From Bacteroidales bacterium UBA1711 (lineage in GTDB: Bacteria > Bacteroidota > Bacteroidia > Bacteroidales > P3), in assembly GCA_002317325.1 (NCBI GenBank), contig DCJB01000092.1, forward strand, positions 395 through 64,394: DNA of 64,000 nucleotides. Direction: 5' to 3'. The translations under genes and the position numbers were made by a program. This document shows positions 44,787 through 55,209 of this stretch, piece after piece; the stretch's first letter is position 1; every line of letters starts with the position of its first letter. The notes beneath the pieces are model-generated. The model ran no database searches, had not been told where the DNA came from, and worked only from the letters and a program-made list of their open reading frames with translations.

Positions 44787-45629
44787 ATGACTGATTTAAA
44801 ATTTGAAGAATTACTCGAAGCCGGTTGTCACTTCGGACACCTCAAGAGAAAGTGGAATCCCAAAATGGCTCCCTATATCTTTAAGGAGCACAACGGCATA
44901 CACGTCATCGACCTCCAAAAGACTATCGCCAAGGCCGACGAGGCCGCTGTGGCCATGAAGCAGATTGCCAAAAGCGGCAAGAAAATCCTGTTCGTCGCCA
45001 CGAAGAAGCAGGCCAAAGACGTGGTGGCCGAAATGGCCAAGAGCGTGGATATGCCCTTCGTAACCGAGCGCTGGCCCGGCGGTATGCTCACCAACTTCAC
45101 CACTATCCGCAAGGCCGTGAAGAAGATGAACAGCCTCGACCAGCTGATGCACGACAAGGACTTCAACAACATCAGCAAACGCGAGCGTCTGCAGGTGCAG
45201 CGCGAGCGTGCCAAACTGGACAAGAACCTCGGTTCCATCGCCGACCTCACCCGTCTGCCCAGCGCCCTGTTCGTCATCGACATCAACAAAGAGCACATTG
45301 CCGTTGCCGAAGCACGCCGCCTCAATATCCCCACTTTCGCACTGGTGGACACCAACTGCAACCCCGACCTTATCGATTTCCCCATTCCCGCTAACGATGA
45401 TGCTTCCAAGTCGATTGCCGCCATCCTGAAACACATGGTGGAGGCCGTACAGGAAGGTCTTAACGAGCGAATGCTCGATAAAGACGCCCAACCTGAGGAA
45501 GAGGAAGAGATGAGAGAAGAGGCTCCCGTTGAGAGGAAGACCCGCCCCCGCAGAGCCAGAAGCGAAGCCCCGAAGGCAGAGGCTCCGAAGGCAGAGGCTC
45601 CCGCGGCCGAAGAGGCCAAGGCCGAATAA
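44787..45629 (+). CDS. rpsB: 30S ribosomal protein S2
   Basis: LLEAGCHFGHLKRKWNPKM. Acidic/AP-rich C-terminal tail. Confidence 0.97.
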   Translation: MTDLKFEELLEAGCHFGHLKRKWNPKMAPYIFKEHNGIHVIDLQKTIAKADEAAVAMKQIAKSGKKILFVATKKQAKDVVAEMAKSVDMPFVTERWPGGMLTNFTTIRKAVKKMNSLDQLMHDKDFNNISKRERLQVQRERAKLDKNLGSIADLTRLPSALFVIDINKEHIAVAEARRLNIPTFALVDTNCNPDLIDFPIPANDDASKSIAAILKHMVEAVQEGLNERMLDKDAQPEEEEEMREEAPVERKTRPRRARSEAPKAEAPKAEAPAAEEAKAE

Positions 45630-45660
45630 CAACCACAAACCCATCAAAGAATCATTCATT

Positions 45661-46650
45661 ATGGCAAATATCACAGCAAAACAGGTAAACGAGCTGCGCC
45701 AGCTTACGGGCGTGGGCATGATGGACTGCAAGAAGGCTCTCGTGGAATGCGACGGCGACTTTGAGAAGGCTATCGACTTCCTCCGCCAGAAAGGTCAGAA
45801 AATGGCCGCCAAACGCGCTGACCGCGACGCCAACGAAGGCGTGGTCCTCGCCAAGAGCACGGGCAGCTACGGCGCCGTCATCATGGTGAGCTGCGAGACC
45901 GACTTCGTGGCCACCAACGCCGACTTCGTGGCTTTCGCCAACTCCATTATCGACAATGCCATGTCCAAGCACCTCACCTCCAAAGAGCAGGTGTTGGACA
46001 TGGAGATTGAAGGCCGCAAAGTGAGCGACCTCCTCACCGACCAGATTGCCAAGATTGGCGAGAAAATCGAACTCGCCCACTTCGAGGTGATGGAGTCCGC
46101 CGCCGTCTATGCCTACATCCATCCGGGCAACCGCATGGCCTCGGTGGTGGGCATGAGCAAGGCCGGTTTCGACGAGGCCGGACACAACATCGCCATGCAG
46201 GTGGTGGCAATGCGTCCCGTGGCCCTCGATGCCGCCAGCGTGCCACAGGAGGTGAAGGACAAGGAACTGGCCGTCGCTGTGGAGAAGACCAAGGAAGAGC
46301 TCATCGGCAAGGCCGTTGACGCCGCCCTCAAAAAGGCCGGCATCAACCCCGCCCACGTCGATAGCGAAGACCACATGGCCTCCAACATGGGCAAAGGCTG
46401 GATTACGGAAGAGCAGGTCGAACTGGCCAAGAAAATCAAGGTCGAAGAGGCCGAGAAAAAGGCTGCCGCCCTCAACCCCGCCCAGATTCAGCAGATTGCC
46501 AACGGTCGTTTGAACAAGTACTTCAAGGAGAACACCCTTGTGGAGCAGGAGTACATCATGGAGAGCAAGATGACTGTCCGCCAGTTCATCGAAAGCACCG
46601 ACAAAGAACTCACCTGCACCGGCTTCAAGCGCCTCGAGCTCGGCGCATAA
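45661..46650 (+). CDS. tsf: elongation factor Ts
   Basis: VNELRQLTGVGMMDCKKALVECDGDFEKAIDFLRQKG. Confidence 0.97.
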   Translation: MANITAKQVNELRQLTGVGMMDCKKALVECDGDFEKAIDFLRQKGQKMAAKRADRDANEGVVLAKSTGSYGAVIMVSCETDFVATNADFVAFANSIIDNAMSKHLTSKEQVLDMEIEGRKVSDLLTDQIAKIGEKIELAHFEVMESAAVYAYIHPGNRMASVVGMSKAGFDEAGHNIAMQVVAMRPVALDAASVPQEVKDKELAVAVEKTKEELIGKAVDAALKKAGINPAHVDSEDHMASNMGKGWITEEQVELAKKIKVEEAEKKAAALNPAQIQQIANGRLNKYFKENTLVEQEYIMESKMTVRQFIESTDKELTCTGFKRLELGA

Positions 46651-46681
46651 CAAGCCCTATTCTCACACGAACATGATTGGG

Positions 46682-46717
46682 GAGCGGACGTGGAATGCCA
46701 CATCCGCTCTCTTTTTG
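46682..46717 (+). terminator. intrinsic terminator of tsf
   Basis: Stem GAGCGGACGTGG-AATG-CCACATCCGCTC followed by TCTTTTTG. Confidence 0.7.
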
Positions 46718-46749
46718 CAATAATTCAGCCACACAACCGTTATCCGACT

Positions 46750-47409
46750 ATGTCAAAGAAGAAGAAGAAATACTACGTTGTTTGGAGGGGGAACACCCCT
46801 GGTATTTATAATTCGTGGGAGGAGTGCCAACGGCAGGTCGTCGGGGTGGCGGGTGCGCAGTATAAGTCATTCGAGAGCAAAGAGGCCGCCGAGCGAGCAT
46901 TCCTCCGCCCCTACGACGAGGTGAAGGGAACGAAGACCGCCTCCGACAAGATGGTGGGGGTAGATGAACTGGGAATGACAGTGGTCCGAAAAGGCGAGGT
47001 GGAGGGACCTGTGATTGACAGCTTAGCCGTGGATGCCGCCTGCAGCGGCAACCCGGGAGTAATGGAATACCAAGGCGTATATGTGGCCTCCCGGGAAAGG
47101 GTGTTCCACTTCAAAACGCCTGTCGGGACGAACAATATTGGAGAGTTCCTCGGCATAGTACACGGACTTGCCTACCTGAAAAAGCACAACCTCAAGCAGG
47201 TACTCTACAGCGACTCGGTCAATGCCATCAACTGGGTGAGGCGGAAAGAGTGCCGAACCAAGCTGCCCCTCACCTCCAAAACCGCAGAGTTGTGGGACTA
47301 TATCCGGCGGGCAGAACACTGGCTAGAGACCAACACCTACACCACCGAGATTAGGAAATGGGACACTGAGCACTGGGGTGAGATTCCCGCCGACTTCGGA
47401 CGCAAATGA
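46750..47409 (+). CDS. rnhA: ribonuclease HI with N-terminal hybrid-binding (Cauli_VI-type) domain
   Basis: YYVVWRGNTPGIYNSWEECQRQV...YKSFESKEAAERAF, followed by an RNase H core (VDAACSGNPG, TNNIGEF, YSDS). Confidence 0.85.
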   Translation: MSKKKKKYYVVWRGNTPGIYNSWEECQRQVVGVAGAQYKSFESKEAAERAFLRPYDEVKGTKTASDKMVGVDELGMTVVRKGEVEGPVIDSLAVDAACSGNPGVMEYQGVYVASRERVFHFKTPVGTNNIGEFLGIVHGLAYLKKHNLKQVLYSDSVNAINWVRRKECRTKLPLTSKTAELWDYIRRAEHWLETNTYTTEIRKWDTEHWGEIPADFGRK

Positions 47410-48314
47410 ACACCCGCGACTTCCATATCCCCTCCAATCGGGTGAGAGACATCGAGCGGTATATCCTCAACGAACTCTGCGGACACTATCCCGAGGGCGA
47501 ACTGCATGTGTTCTCGGATATGCTCTTCGAGGCCTTCCTCGGCTGGGACAAGGCCAGACTGCTGCTCAACCGCGACCAAACCATCAACCAAAGCGACCTG
47601 CTCCGCTTCCACTGGGCGGTGGAAGACCTCAAGAAGCACCGACCCATCCAGCACATCATCGGCTACACCGATTTCTGCGGCTGCCGCATTGCGGTGAGTC
47701 CCGACGTGCTGATTCCCCGGCCCGAGACCGAAGAGATTGTGAACGACCTCGTCGCCACAATACAAAAAAAAGAACACGTTGCAACCCGATACGCCCACCC
47801 GCCGTCAATCATCGACCTCTGCACCGGCAGCGGCTGCATAGCCATTGCCTTAGCGAAGTACTTACCCGAAGCCGATGTGGAGGCGGCAGACGTGTCCGAT
47901 AAGGCGCTCTCGATTGCTCAACGCAATGCGGAAGACAATGGCGTGAATGTCGTCTTTCACCGCTGCGACTTGCTGACTGATGAGTTTCCGACTGCCAACA
48001 AGCAATACGGTCTCATCATCAGCAATCCTCCATACGTCATGGAGAAAGAGCGAGGCTATATGCAGCCCAATGTACTGGATTATGAGCCATCGCTTGCCCT
48101 CTTTGTCCCCGACGACGACCCCCTCCTCTTCTACCGTGCCATAGCCGCATTTGCCGAGAGCCGACTCTCGACCGATGGTCTGCTGGCTGTAGAGGTCAAC
48201 GAAAGCCTCGCAACCGAGACCTCCCTCCTACTCCAAGCCCACCACCTAACCACAGAGATACACAGCGACTTTCGGGGCAAAGCCCGCAGCGTCACCGCCA
48301 CCCGCCGCCACTGA
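47406..48314 (+). CDS. prmC: release factor glutamine N5-methyltransferase
   Basis: ATGA overlap with rnhA. Contains DLCTGSGCIA and IISNPPYV. Confidence 0.9.
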   Translation: MNTRDFHIPSNRVRDIERYILNELCGHYPEGELHVFSDMLFEAFLGWDKARLLLNRDQTINQSDLLRFHWAVEDLKKHRPIQHIIGYTDFCGCRIAVSPDVLIPRPETEEIVNDLVATIQKKEHVATRYAHPPSIIDLCTGSGCIAIALAKYLPEADVEAADVSDKALSIAQRNAEDNGVNVVFHRCDLLTDEFPTANKQYGLIISNPPYVMEKERGYMQPNVLDYEPSLALFVPDDDPLLFYRAIAAFAESRLSTDGLLAVEVNESLATETSLLLQAHHLTTEIHSDFRGKARSVTATRRH

Positions 48315-48342
48315 CGACAAGCTGCCAAAGAAAAGTTTGAGG

Positions 48343-49215
48343 CTATAGGGCAATGATTTGCTCAACGTTCAAGTCCGTCAGTTCGGCTATCTCCTCCGCC
48401 GATAGACCCTTCTCCTTCAGTTTCTTCGCAATTTGGACATTCCTCAGCTCTATGCCCTCGGCAATGCCAAGTTCCTTGCCTTCGGCAATGCCGTCATTCT
48501 TGGCGGTCTTCACCGCATTGTTGATGTCGCGATAGGCATTGATGCTGTCCTCATACTCGCGACGCTCGGTCTCAGAATAGCGGGCTATCTCAGCCTGCTC
48601 GAAGACACGCTCAAAGACACGCTCCCGCAGGGCGGCGGGACGCTCCATCAGGCGCGAGAGGTTGCGCAGAACAAAGAGCCACTTGTCAAACATCGTCTCC
48701 AACTGATCCTCGGTCTTGTTGAACTTTGGCATCTCCAAATAAAGCAGCGTCAGTTTGTCGTAAAAGACGTGCTTGTCCTTTGTGTCCATCAACTTCACTT
48801 CGTGGAAATAGTTGTCCGGTTCATACTCATTCTCGGCAAAGCAGAAATTGAGTACTCCGACCGTATAGACATTCCTGAGGCGGAAGTCCCAGTCGCCCAC
48901 TTGCCCCTGTTCCTGTATAGGGAAGGTGGAGTAGAACACACTGCGGTCTTTGAAGAACTGCTGATAGACGTTCTGCATTTCCACAATGAACAATTCTCCC
49001 TTATCGTTTTCGCAGAACACATCGAAGATGGCTCGACGAGAATCCTTGGATACACCGAACCGCTCGGTGCTTTTGTAACTGACCTGTGTCACTACTTCTC
49101 GTCCGCCCAGCAAGGCGTTGAGGAAACTGATAAGCAAATCCTTGTTCAGTTCGGTCCCGAAGAGCCTTTTGAACCCGAAATCGGTGTAAGGATTGATGTA
49201 TCGAGGAGTATTCAT
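48343..49215 (-). CDS. Rpn family recombination-promoting nuclease / putative transposase (PD-(D/E)xK)
   Basis: YINPYTDFGFKRLFG...DVFCENDKGELFIVEMQ is the typical TIGR01784-like N-terminus. Internal ATG at 49215. Confidence 0.8.
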   Translation of the reverse strand: MNTPRYINPYTDFGFKRLFGTELNKDLLISFLNALLGGREVVTQVSYKSTERFGVSKDSRRAIFDVFCENDKGELFIVEMQNVYQQFFKDRSVFYSTFPIQEQGQVGDWDFRLRNVYTVGVLNFCFAENEYEPDNYFHEVKLMDTKDKHVFYDKLTLLYLEMPKFNKTEDQLETMFDKWLFVLRNLSRLMERPAALRERVFERVFEQAEIARYSETERREYEDSINAYRDINNAVKTAKNDGIAEGKELGIAEGIELRNVQIAKKLKEKGLSAEEIAELTDLNVEQIIAL

Positions 49216-49245
49216 CGTCTGTTGGAATAGGAGCAAATGCGGTTG

Positions 49246-49253
49246 CAAAGATA
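49246..49253 (-). promoter_or_regulatory. -7 box (TATCTTTG on the minus strand) for the Rpn-family gene
   Basis: 30 nt upstream of the ATG at 49215. Confidence 0.55.
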
Positions 49254-49305
49254 CGAAGTTTTTGCGGACAGAGCAAATTATTTTCGCACCCGGTGAAGGA
49301 GGCGG

Positions 49306-49761
49306 CTACTCCCGGCGGTGAGAATCGATGAGGATAGTGACGGGGCCGTCGTTGATAAGTTCCACCTGCATATCGGCCCCGAACTCTCCCGTGAGGACGG
49401 GCTTGCCGAAGAATTCTTGGAGGCGTGCCACAAAACGCTCATACATCGGAACGGCAAAGTCGGGCTTGGAAGCGTGAATGTAACTGGGGCGGTTGCCCTT
49501 CTTGGTGCTGGCCATAAGCGTGAACTGGCTGACCACCAAGATGCCCGAGTCCGAAACCTCTGTCACGGGCAGGTTCATCACCCCTTGTTCATCATCGAAG
49601 ATGCGGAGGGCGACCGTCTTGCGGCAGAGCCAGTCGATGTCCTCTTCCGTGTCGGCATCCTCAACACCCACCAGCACCAGCATTCCTGCCCCGATGGAGG
49701 ACTTCAGCCTTCCCCCGATGGCGACGGAGGCCCTCCTGCAGCGTTGTATTACGATTCTCAT
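49306..49761 (-). CDS. dtd: D-aminoacyl-tRNA deacylase
   Basis: MRIVIQR...GMLVLVGV...SQFTL...NRPSY. Confidence 0.95.
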   Translation of the reverse strand: MRIVIQRCRRASVAIGGRLKSSIGAGMLVLVGVEDADTEEDIDWLCRKTVALRIFDDEQGVMNLPVTEVSDSGILVVSQFTLMASTKKGNRPSYIHASKPDFAVPMYERFVARLQEFFGKPVLTGEFGADMQVELINDGPVTILIDSHRRE

Positions 49762-52127
49762 TCGACAATAGACAGTTTGGCGTAGGCCAGCAAGAGCGTC
49801 TTCTGTCCCAAACCCTCGAAAAATACGGTTGCCTTTCTTTCGTTCCCTGCACCCTCTATCGACAGCACCTTGCCTGTGCCGAACTTGGCGTGAACCACCT
49901 TCATGCCCGCCTGGATAGCATTGATTTGGGCAGGTGGGTTAGGTATGGTAGGGCCTTGGACGGCGGCCGCCTTGGGCTGCAAGCGGCGGGAAGCGGCGGT
50001 GGCGGGAGCGGCCTTGGGCTGGAAGCCTCGCTCCGCCTCGTCGGAGTAGCGGACTCCCTTGATGCCCTGAAAAGCCCGAGGGAGTTCTCCCACCTTGGGA
50101 AACTGCCGCCGCTGCTTGGGATACTCCACATACTTGGAGTCAATCTCCTCCACAAAGCGGCTCATCTCCTGACACGAAGACTTCCCATAGACATAGCGGT
50201 TGACGGCGTATGAGAGCGTGAGCTGCTTCTCGGCACGGGTGACGGCCACATAGAAGAGCCGCCGTTCCTCCTCCAGCTCCTGCCGCGAGGAAATAGACAT
50301 GAACGAGGGGAAGAGGTTTTCCTCCATACCCACCACATAGACGTAGGGGAACTCCAAACCCTTGGCGGCATGGATGGTCATCATAGAGACCTTGTCGGCT
50401 TCCTTGTCCTCGTCCTTGTCCTCCGAGGTGAGGAGCAACACCTGCTGGAGGAACTGGTCGAGCGTGCGGATTTGGAAGTCGGCAGAGCCTGCCTCAGGCA
50501 GTTCGGCGGCTTCCTCCTCCGAGGGCGAAAACTGGTCCTCCTTCTCGCAGAACTCTTTCACCCCGTTCAGCAGTTCCTCGATATTCTCAATCCGGTTCGC
50601 GTTGTCGGGGTCAACGTCGTTGCGCAGCAATGTGACGATGCCCGAATTATAGACAATCTGCTTGGCCAGCGAATAAGCGTCCATCCGTTGCAGCTGGGCG
50701 GAGAAGCACCGAATCATCGACATAAAGTCGGCAACACGTTCCATGATGGAGGAATTGATACCCAATCCGAACGAGGGCAGGTTCTCCAATACCGTCCACA
50801 TCGCCACATCGTTGTCGGAGGCGGCAATGCGAATCTTGTCGATGGTGGTCTGTCCTATGCCCCGCGGAGGATAGTTGATAGACCGCAGCAGCGACTCCTC
50901 GTCATAGTTATTCACCACGAGGCGCATATAGGCCAGCACGTCCTTCACCTCCTTGCGGCCGTAGAACGAAAGACCCTGATACATCCGATAAGGAATATCC
51001 ATGCGGCGGAGCGCCTCCTCGATGGCGCGGGACTGCACATTGGTGCGGTAGAGGATGGCAAAGGAGCGGTAGTCCAAATCCTCGCCCATGTGGGCGTTCT
51101 GTATCGACTCTGCCACCTGGCGGCCTTCGTCCCGCTCGTCCATGGCACGCAACAGCTTAATCCGCCCCCCCACACCGTTGTCCGTCCAAATCTCCTTCTC
51201 AATCTGCTCCACGTTCTTTGCGATGATGGAGTTGGCCGCATTGACGATGTTCTGCGTCGAGCGGTAGTTCTGCTCCAACTTAAAGAGGTGGAGGTTGGGA
51301 TAGTCGCGACGGAAATTGAAGATGTTCTGAATATTGGCGCCGCGGAAAGCATAGATGCTCTGTGCGTCGTCGCCGACAACGCAGATGTTCTGATAGCGGG
51401 CGGCAAGCTTTTTGATGATGAGGTACTGTGAGTAGTTGGTGTCCTGATACTCGTCAACCATGATGTAGCGGAACCGATTCTGATACTTCAGCAGCACATC
51501 TGGAAAGTCGCGCAGCAGCACATTCATGTAGAACAGCAGGTCGTCAAAGTCCATCGACATGGCATTGCGCAGCCGCTGGTTATACAGCTTGTAAATCTCG
51601 GCAATCAAGGGGCGGTGCGCATCCTTGTCGGTCTGCTGAATCTCAGGGTTCGAGGCATAGTCTTCAGGCGAGAGCAGGTTGCTTTTGGCCATAGAAATGC
51701 GGCTGAGGACATTGCCGGGGGCGTAGGTTTTGGGGTCGAGATTGAGGTTCTTCACAATCTGCTTGATGGCAGACTTGCTGTCGTCGGTGTCGTAGATGGT
51801 GAAGGTGTTGATAAACCCAATCTTCTGCGCCTCGGCTCTGAGGATGCGGGCAAACACAGAGTGGAACGTGCCCATCCAGATATTGCGCGCCTCCGAGCCG
51901 ACAAGCTTCATGATGCGCTCCTTCATTTCGGCGGCGGCCTTGTTGGTGAAGGTGAGGGCCAGAATCTGGAACGGGTCGGTGCCGAGGTTGATGAGGTGGG
52001 CTATGCGGTAGGTCAGCGTGCGGGTCTTACCCGAACCGGCGCCGGCAATAATCATCACCGGCCCTTCGATACAGGCCGCTGCCTCGCGCTGAGAATCGTT
52101 GAGTTGGTTTAGTATCTCGTCTGTCAT
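49758..52127 (-). CDS. ATP-dependent DNA helicase, UvrD/PcrA family
   Basis: Motif I AGAGSGKT, motif II MVDEYQDTN, and TIHAAKGLEF. First ATG at 52127; the track ORF starts at a TTG at 52142. Confidence 0.9.
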   Translation of the reverse strand: MTDEILNQLNDSQREAAACIEGPVMIIAGAGSGKTRTLTYRIAHLINLGTDPFQILALTFTNKAAAEMKERIMKLVGSEARNIWMGTFHSVFARILRAEAQKIGFINTFTIYDTDDSKSAIKQIVKNLNLDPKTYAPGNVLSRISMAKSNLLSPEDYASNPEIQQTDKDAHRPLIAEIYKLYNQRLRNAMSMDFDDLLFYMNVLLRDFPDVLLKYQNRFRYIMVDEYQDTNYSQYLIIKKLAARYQNICVVGDDAQSIYAFRGANIQNIFNFRRDYPNLHLFKLEQNYRSTQNIVNAANSIIAKNVEQIEKEIWTDNGVGGRIKLLRAMDERDEGRQVAESIQNAHMGEDLDYRSFAILYRTNVQSRAIEEALRRMDIPYRMYQGLSFYGRKEVKDVLAYMRLVVNNYDEESLLRSINYPPRGIGQTTIDKIRIAASDNDVAMWTVLENLPSFGLGINSSIMERVADFMSMIRCFSAQLQRMDAYSLAKQIVYNSGIVTLLRNDVDPDNANRIENIEELLNGVKEFCEKEDQFSPSEEEAAELPEAGSADFQIRTLDQFLQQVLLLTSEDKDEDKEADKVSMMTIHAAKGLEFPYVYVVGMEENLFPSFMSISSRQELEEERRLFYVAVTRAEKQLTLSYAVNRYVYGKSSCQEMSRFVEEIDSKYVEYPKQRRQFPKVGELPRAFQGIKGVRYSDEAERGFQPKAAPATAASRRLQPKAAAVQGPTIPNPPAQINAIQAGMKVVHAKFGTGKVLSIEGAGNERKATVFFEGLGQKTLLLAYAKLSIVE

Positions 52128-52184
52128 ATTGCTTTTTGTCAAAGTGGCAGCACTGAGGGGGCTGCCTCCCGTGTGGTGCTGGGG

Positions 52185-52790
52185 CTATGGCAGCAGCTCT
52201 ATCTTGAGTCCGTATAGTTTCGCCAAAGCATCGTAGAGGCGGACGCTCTGGCTCTGCCTCACACTCACGTCAATCCGGCAGTCGAGTGCGAAGTCCTGCC
52301 GGCGGGGCTGCACCCCCTGCTCTTTCAGAATACGCATGACATCATTCATCAGCGGATAATCAAAGTGGAGCCGGTAGGCGACATCTATCGTGCATTCCTT
52401 CACCTCGGCGTTGGCAATGGCGTCGCGGGCGGCCGCCTTATAGGCGTTGGCGAGGCCCGAGGCGCCCAGCAGCACCCCACCGAAATAGCGCACCACCACA
52501 ATCAGCGTGTTGGTGAGGTCGGCCGACAGCAGCTGTCCGTGGATTGGGCGGCCGCCCGTACCCGAGGGCTCGCCGTCGTCGTTTGCCCGATAAGCCTCCT
52601 TCGTGGGACCGAGGATATAGGCATAGCAGTGGTGGCGGGCATCGAAATACTCCTTGCGGAGCCTTTCGAGGTGTTCCTTCACCTCGTCGGTCGTCGCCAC
52701 CGGGAAAGCGAAGGAGAGAAACTTGCTCCCCTTCTCCTTGTAGAGTCCCTGCGATGGACCGGCGATGGTTCGATAGGTGTCGTCAAACAT
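52185..52790 (-). CDS. YigZ / IMPACT family protein
   Basis: Contains KGSKFLSFAFPV, HHCYAY and DDGEPSGTGGRPI. Confidence 0.85.
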   Translation of the reverse strand: MFDDTYRTIAGPSQGLYKEKGSKFLSFAFPVATTDEVKEHLERLRKEYFDARHHCYAYILGPTKEAYRANDDGEPSGTGGRPIHGQLLSADLTNTLIVVVRYFGGVLLGASGLANAYKAAARDAIANAEVKECTIDVAYRLHFDYPLMNDVMRILKEQGVQPRRQDFALDCRIDVSVRQSQSVRLYDALAKLYGLKIELLP

Positions 52791-53742
52791 AGAAAACGGG
52801 CTTTTCGTTCATCGGTGCCTCCGGGGCTTTGAGTCCGCCTCCATAGCGTGTGCTGGGGTTGCGAAACACCCTTACTTCGTCGTAGAGGCCTTCAGCGAGG
52901 AATGCGTCCAGTATCTGCCGCCCCCCCTCCACAATCAACGACTGAATCTTGCGGTCGAAGAGCGTCTGCATGACCTCTCGCAATGTCTCGCAATGCAGGT
53001 GCAGCCAGTGGGGCGGCACATCGGCGAGCCGCCCGCGGCGGTCCAGCACCACGGGCTGGGGGTCGCTGCCGCTCCACAGGCGGGCGTTGAGCCGGGGGCG
53101 GTCGTCGATGAAGGTCTGCGAACCCACCAAGATGGCGGCTTCCTCGGTGCGCCACTTGTGGCAAATCTGTGTCTGGCAGTCGTCCGAGATCCAGTATCGG
53201 CGGCCATCCGCTCCCGTGGGCGGCTGACCGCTGGCGGGACTCATATAGCCGTCAGCGCTCTCGGCCCACTTGAGAATGACGTAGGGGCGCTGCTTCTCCA
53301 TGAAGGTAAAAAAACGGCGGTTGAGCCACCGTCCCTCTGCCTCCAGCACGTGCCGCACCACCTCGACACCGGCTGCCCGCAGCCGCTCAAATCCGCGGCC
53401 AGAAACCAGCGGGTTAGGGTCGTCGTTGCAACATACCACCCGCCCGATGCCGCACTCCGCAATCAGGTCGGCACACGGCGGAGTGAGTCCGTGGTGGCTG
53501 CAAGGTTCGAGGTTGACGTAGAGCGTGGCTCCGGCCAACGCCTCCCGAGGGGCTTCCAGCAGTGCGTTGCGCTCGGCATGGAAACCGCCATAGACCCTGT
53601 GGTAGCCCTCCGACACCACCCGTCCGCCCGACACCACCACACAGCCCACCAACGGATTCGGACGCACTCGCCCGAGTCCGTTGGCAGCCAGCTGGAAGCA
53701 GCGGCGCATATAAGTCTCATCGGTCGTCACAGACATCGTCAT
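52783..53742 (-). CDS. ribD: bifunctional riboflavin biosynthesis deaminase/reductase
   Basis: HAERNAL and EPCSHHGLTPPCADL deaminase motifs, plus a C-terminal reductase domain. Confidence 0.9.
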   Translation of the reverse strand: MTMSVTTDETYMRRCFQLAANGLGRVRPNPLVGCVVVSGGRVVSEGYHRVYGGFHAERNALLEAPREALAGATLYVNLEPCSHHGLTPPCADLIAECGIGRVVCCNDDPNPLVSGRGFERLRAAGVEVVRHVLEAEGRWLNRRFFTFMEKQRPYVILKWAESADGYMSPASGQPPTGADGRRYWISDDCQTQICHKWRTEEAAILVGSQTFIDDRPRLNARLWSGSDPQPVVLDRRGRLADVPPHWLHLHCETLREVMQTLFDRKIQSLIVEGGRQILDAFLAEGLYDEVRVFRNPSTRYGGGLKAPEAPMNEKPVFYV

Positions 53743-53763
53743 GCGGCTGAGAGGAAGACGGCC

Positions 53764-55170
53764 TTAGAACTCGGCCGTTTTGGGTGTGCGCGGGAATGGG
53801 ATAACATCGCGGATATTGGCCATGCCCGTTACGAAAAGCATCAGCCGCTCGAAACCGAGGCCGAAGCCGCCGTGGGGGCAGGTGCCGTAGCGGCGGGTGT
53901 CGAGATACCACCACATATCCTTCATCGGGATACCGAGTTCGTTGATGCGGGTCATCAGCTTGTCGTAGTTCTCCTCGCGCACCGAGCCGCCTATTATCTC
54001 GCCAATCTTGGGGAAGAGTACATCGGTGCCCTGCACCGTCTTGCCGTCCTCGTTCTGCTTCATGTAGAATGCCTTAATCTCCTTGGGGTAATCCACCATG
54101 ATGACAGGACGCTTGAAGTGTTCCTCCACCAAGTAGCGCTCGTGCTCGCTGGCCAAGTCAACACCCCAATAGACGGGAAACTCAAATTTCTCGCCGTTCT
54201 TCACCGCCTCTTCGAGAATGCGGATACCCTCGGTATAGGGCAGGCGGACAAAGTCAGTCTCCACCACGCTCTTCAGACGCTCAATGAGTCCCTTGTCAAT
54301 CATATTGTTGAGGAACTGGAGGTCGTCCATGCAGTGGTCGAGGGCCCAGCGGACGCAGTATTTGATAAACTCCTCTTCGAGGGCCGTGAGGTCGTCGAGG
54401 TCATAGAAAGCCATCTCCGGCTCAACCATCCAGAACTCGGCCAAGTGACGGGGCGTGTTGCTGTTCTCTGCACGGAAAGTGGGTCCGAAGGTATAGATTT
54501 TGCCCAACGCCGTGGCGCCGAGTTCGCCTTCAAGCTGTCCGCTCACCGTCAGGGAGGTCTGCTTGCCGAAGAAGTCCTGGTCGTAGTCGATAGAGCCGTC
54601 CTCGCGACGAGGCAGGTTCTTGAGGTCGAGGGTGGTCACTTGGAACATTTCGCCGGCGCCTTCGCAGTCGGAGGCGGTAATCAAGGGCGTGTGGAAATAG
54701 AAGAACCCTCTCTCATGGAAGAAATTGTGGATGGCGTAAGCCATATTGTGCCGCAGCCGGCACACAGCGCCAAAGGTGTTGGTGCGGGGGCGCAGATGGC
54801 CTATCTCGCGCAAAAACTCCATCGAATGGCCCTTCTTCTGCAAAGGATAGCTGTCGGGGTCGGCTTCGCCATAAAGCACAATGCTGGAAGCCTGAACCTC
54901 CACCGACTGTCCCGCCCCCTGCGACTTAACCAAACGTCCATCGACACTGAGGCAGGCGCCCGTCGTGATGCGGCGCAGCAGGTCCTCATCGAAATCTGCG
55001 GGGTTGAGCACCACTTGGATATTGTTGATAGTGGAGCCGTCGTTCAGTGCGATAAAGGCCACGTTCTTGTTTCCTCGCTTGGTGCGGACCCAGCCCTTGA
55101 CATTGATGTCGGAGTCAACCATGCCGTCCACACTCGGGGCAAAGAGTTGTTTGATTTCGGTACGTTTCAT
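53764..55170 (-). CDS. asnS: asparagine--tRNA ligase
   Basis: Class IIb motifs [17 protein letters not shown] and [10 protein letters not shown]. 468 aa. Confidence 0.97.
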   Translation of the reverse strand: MKRTEIKQLFAPSVDGMVDSDINVKGWVRTKRGNKNVAFIALNDGSTINNIQVVLNPADFDEDLLRRITTGACLSVDGRLVKSQGAGQSVEVQASSIVLYGEADPDSYPLQKKGHSMEFLREIGHLRPRTNTFGAVCRLRHNMAYAIHNFFHERGFFYFHTPLITASDCEGAGEMFQVTTLDLKNLPRREDGSIDYDQDFFGKQTSLTVSGQLEGELGATALGKIYTFGPTFRAENSNTPRHLAEFWMVEPEMAFYDLDDLTALEEEFIKYCVRWALDHCMDDLQFLNNMIDKGLIERLKSVVETDFVRLPYTEGIRILEEAVKNGEKFEFPVYWGVDLASEHERYLVEEHFKRPVIMVDYPKEIKAFYMKQNEDGKTVQGTDVLFPKIGEIIGGSVREENYDKLMTRINELGIPMKDMWWYLDTRRYGTCPHGGFGLGFERLMLFVTGMANIRDVIPFPRTPKTAEF

Positions 55171-55209
55171 ATTTTATCTTGATATTATCTTTTCTTCCAT
55201 CAAATAGGT

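Noticed and set aside
48343-49215. Rpn-family gene as an active mobile element
   Set aside because: It is a single gene with its own promoter box between prmC and dtd. No terminal inverted repeats or target duplications are visible. Such genes are abundant stand-alone paralogs in Bacteroidales.
52777-55182. 801-aa plus-strand ORF
   Set aside because: It is antisense to ribD and asnS, both with clear catalytic motifs. Shadow ORF.
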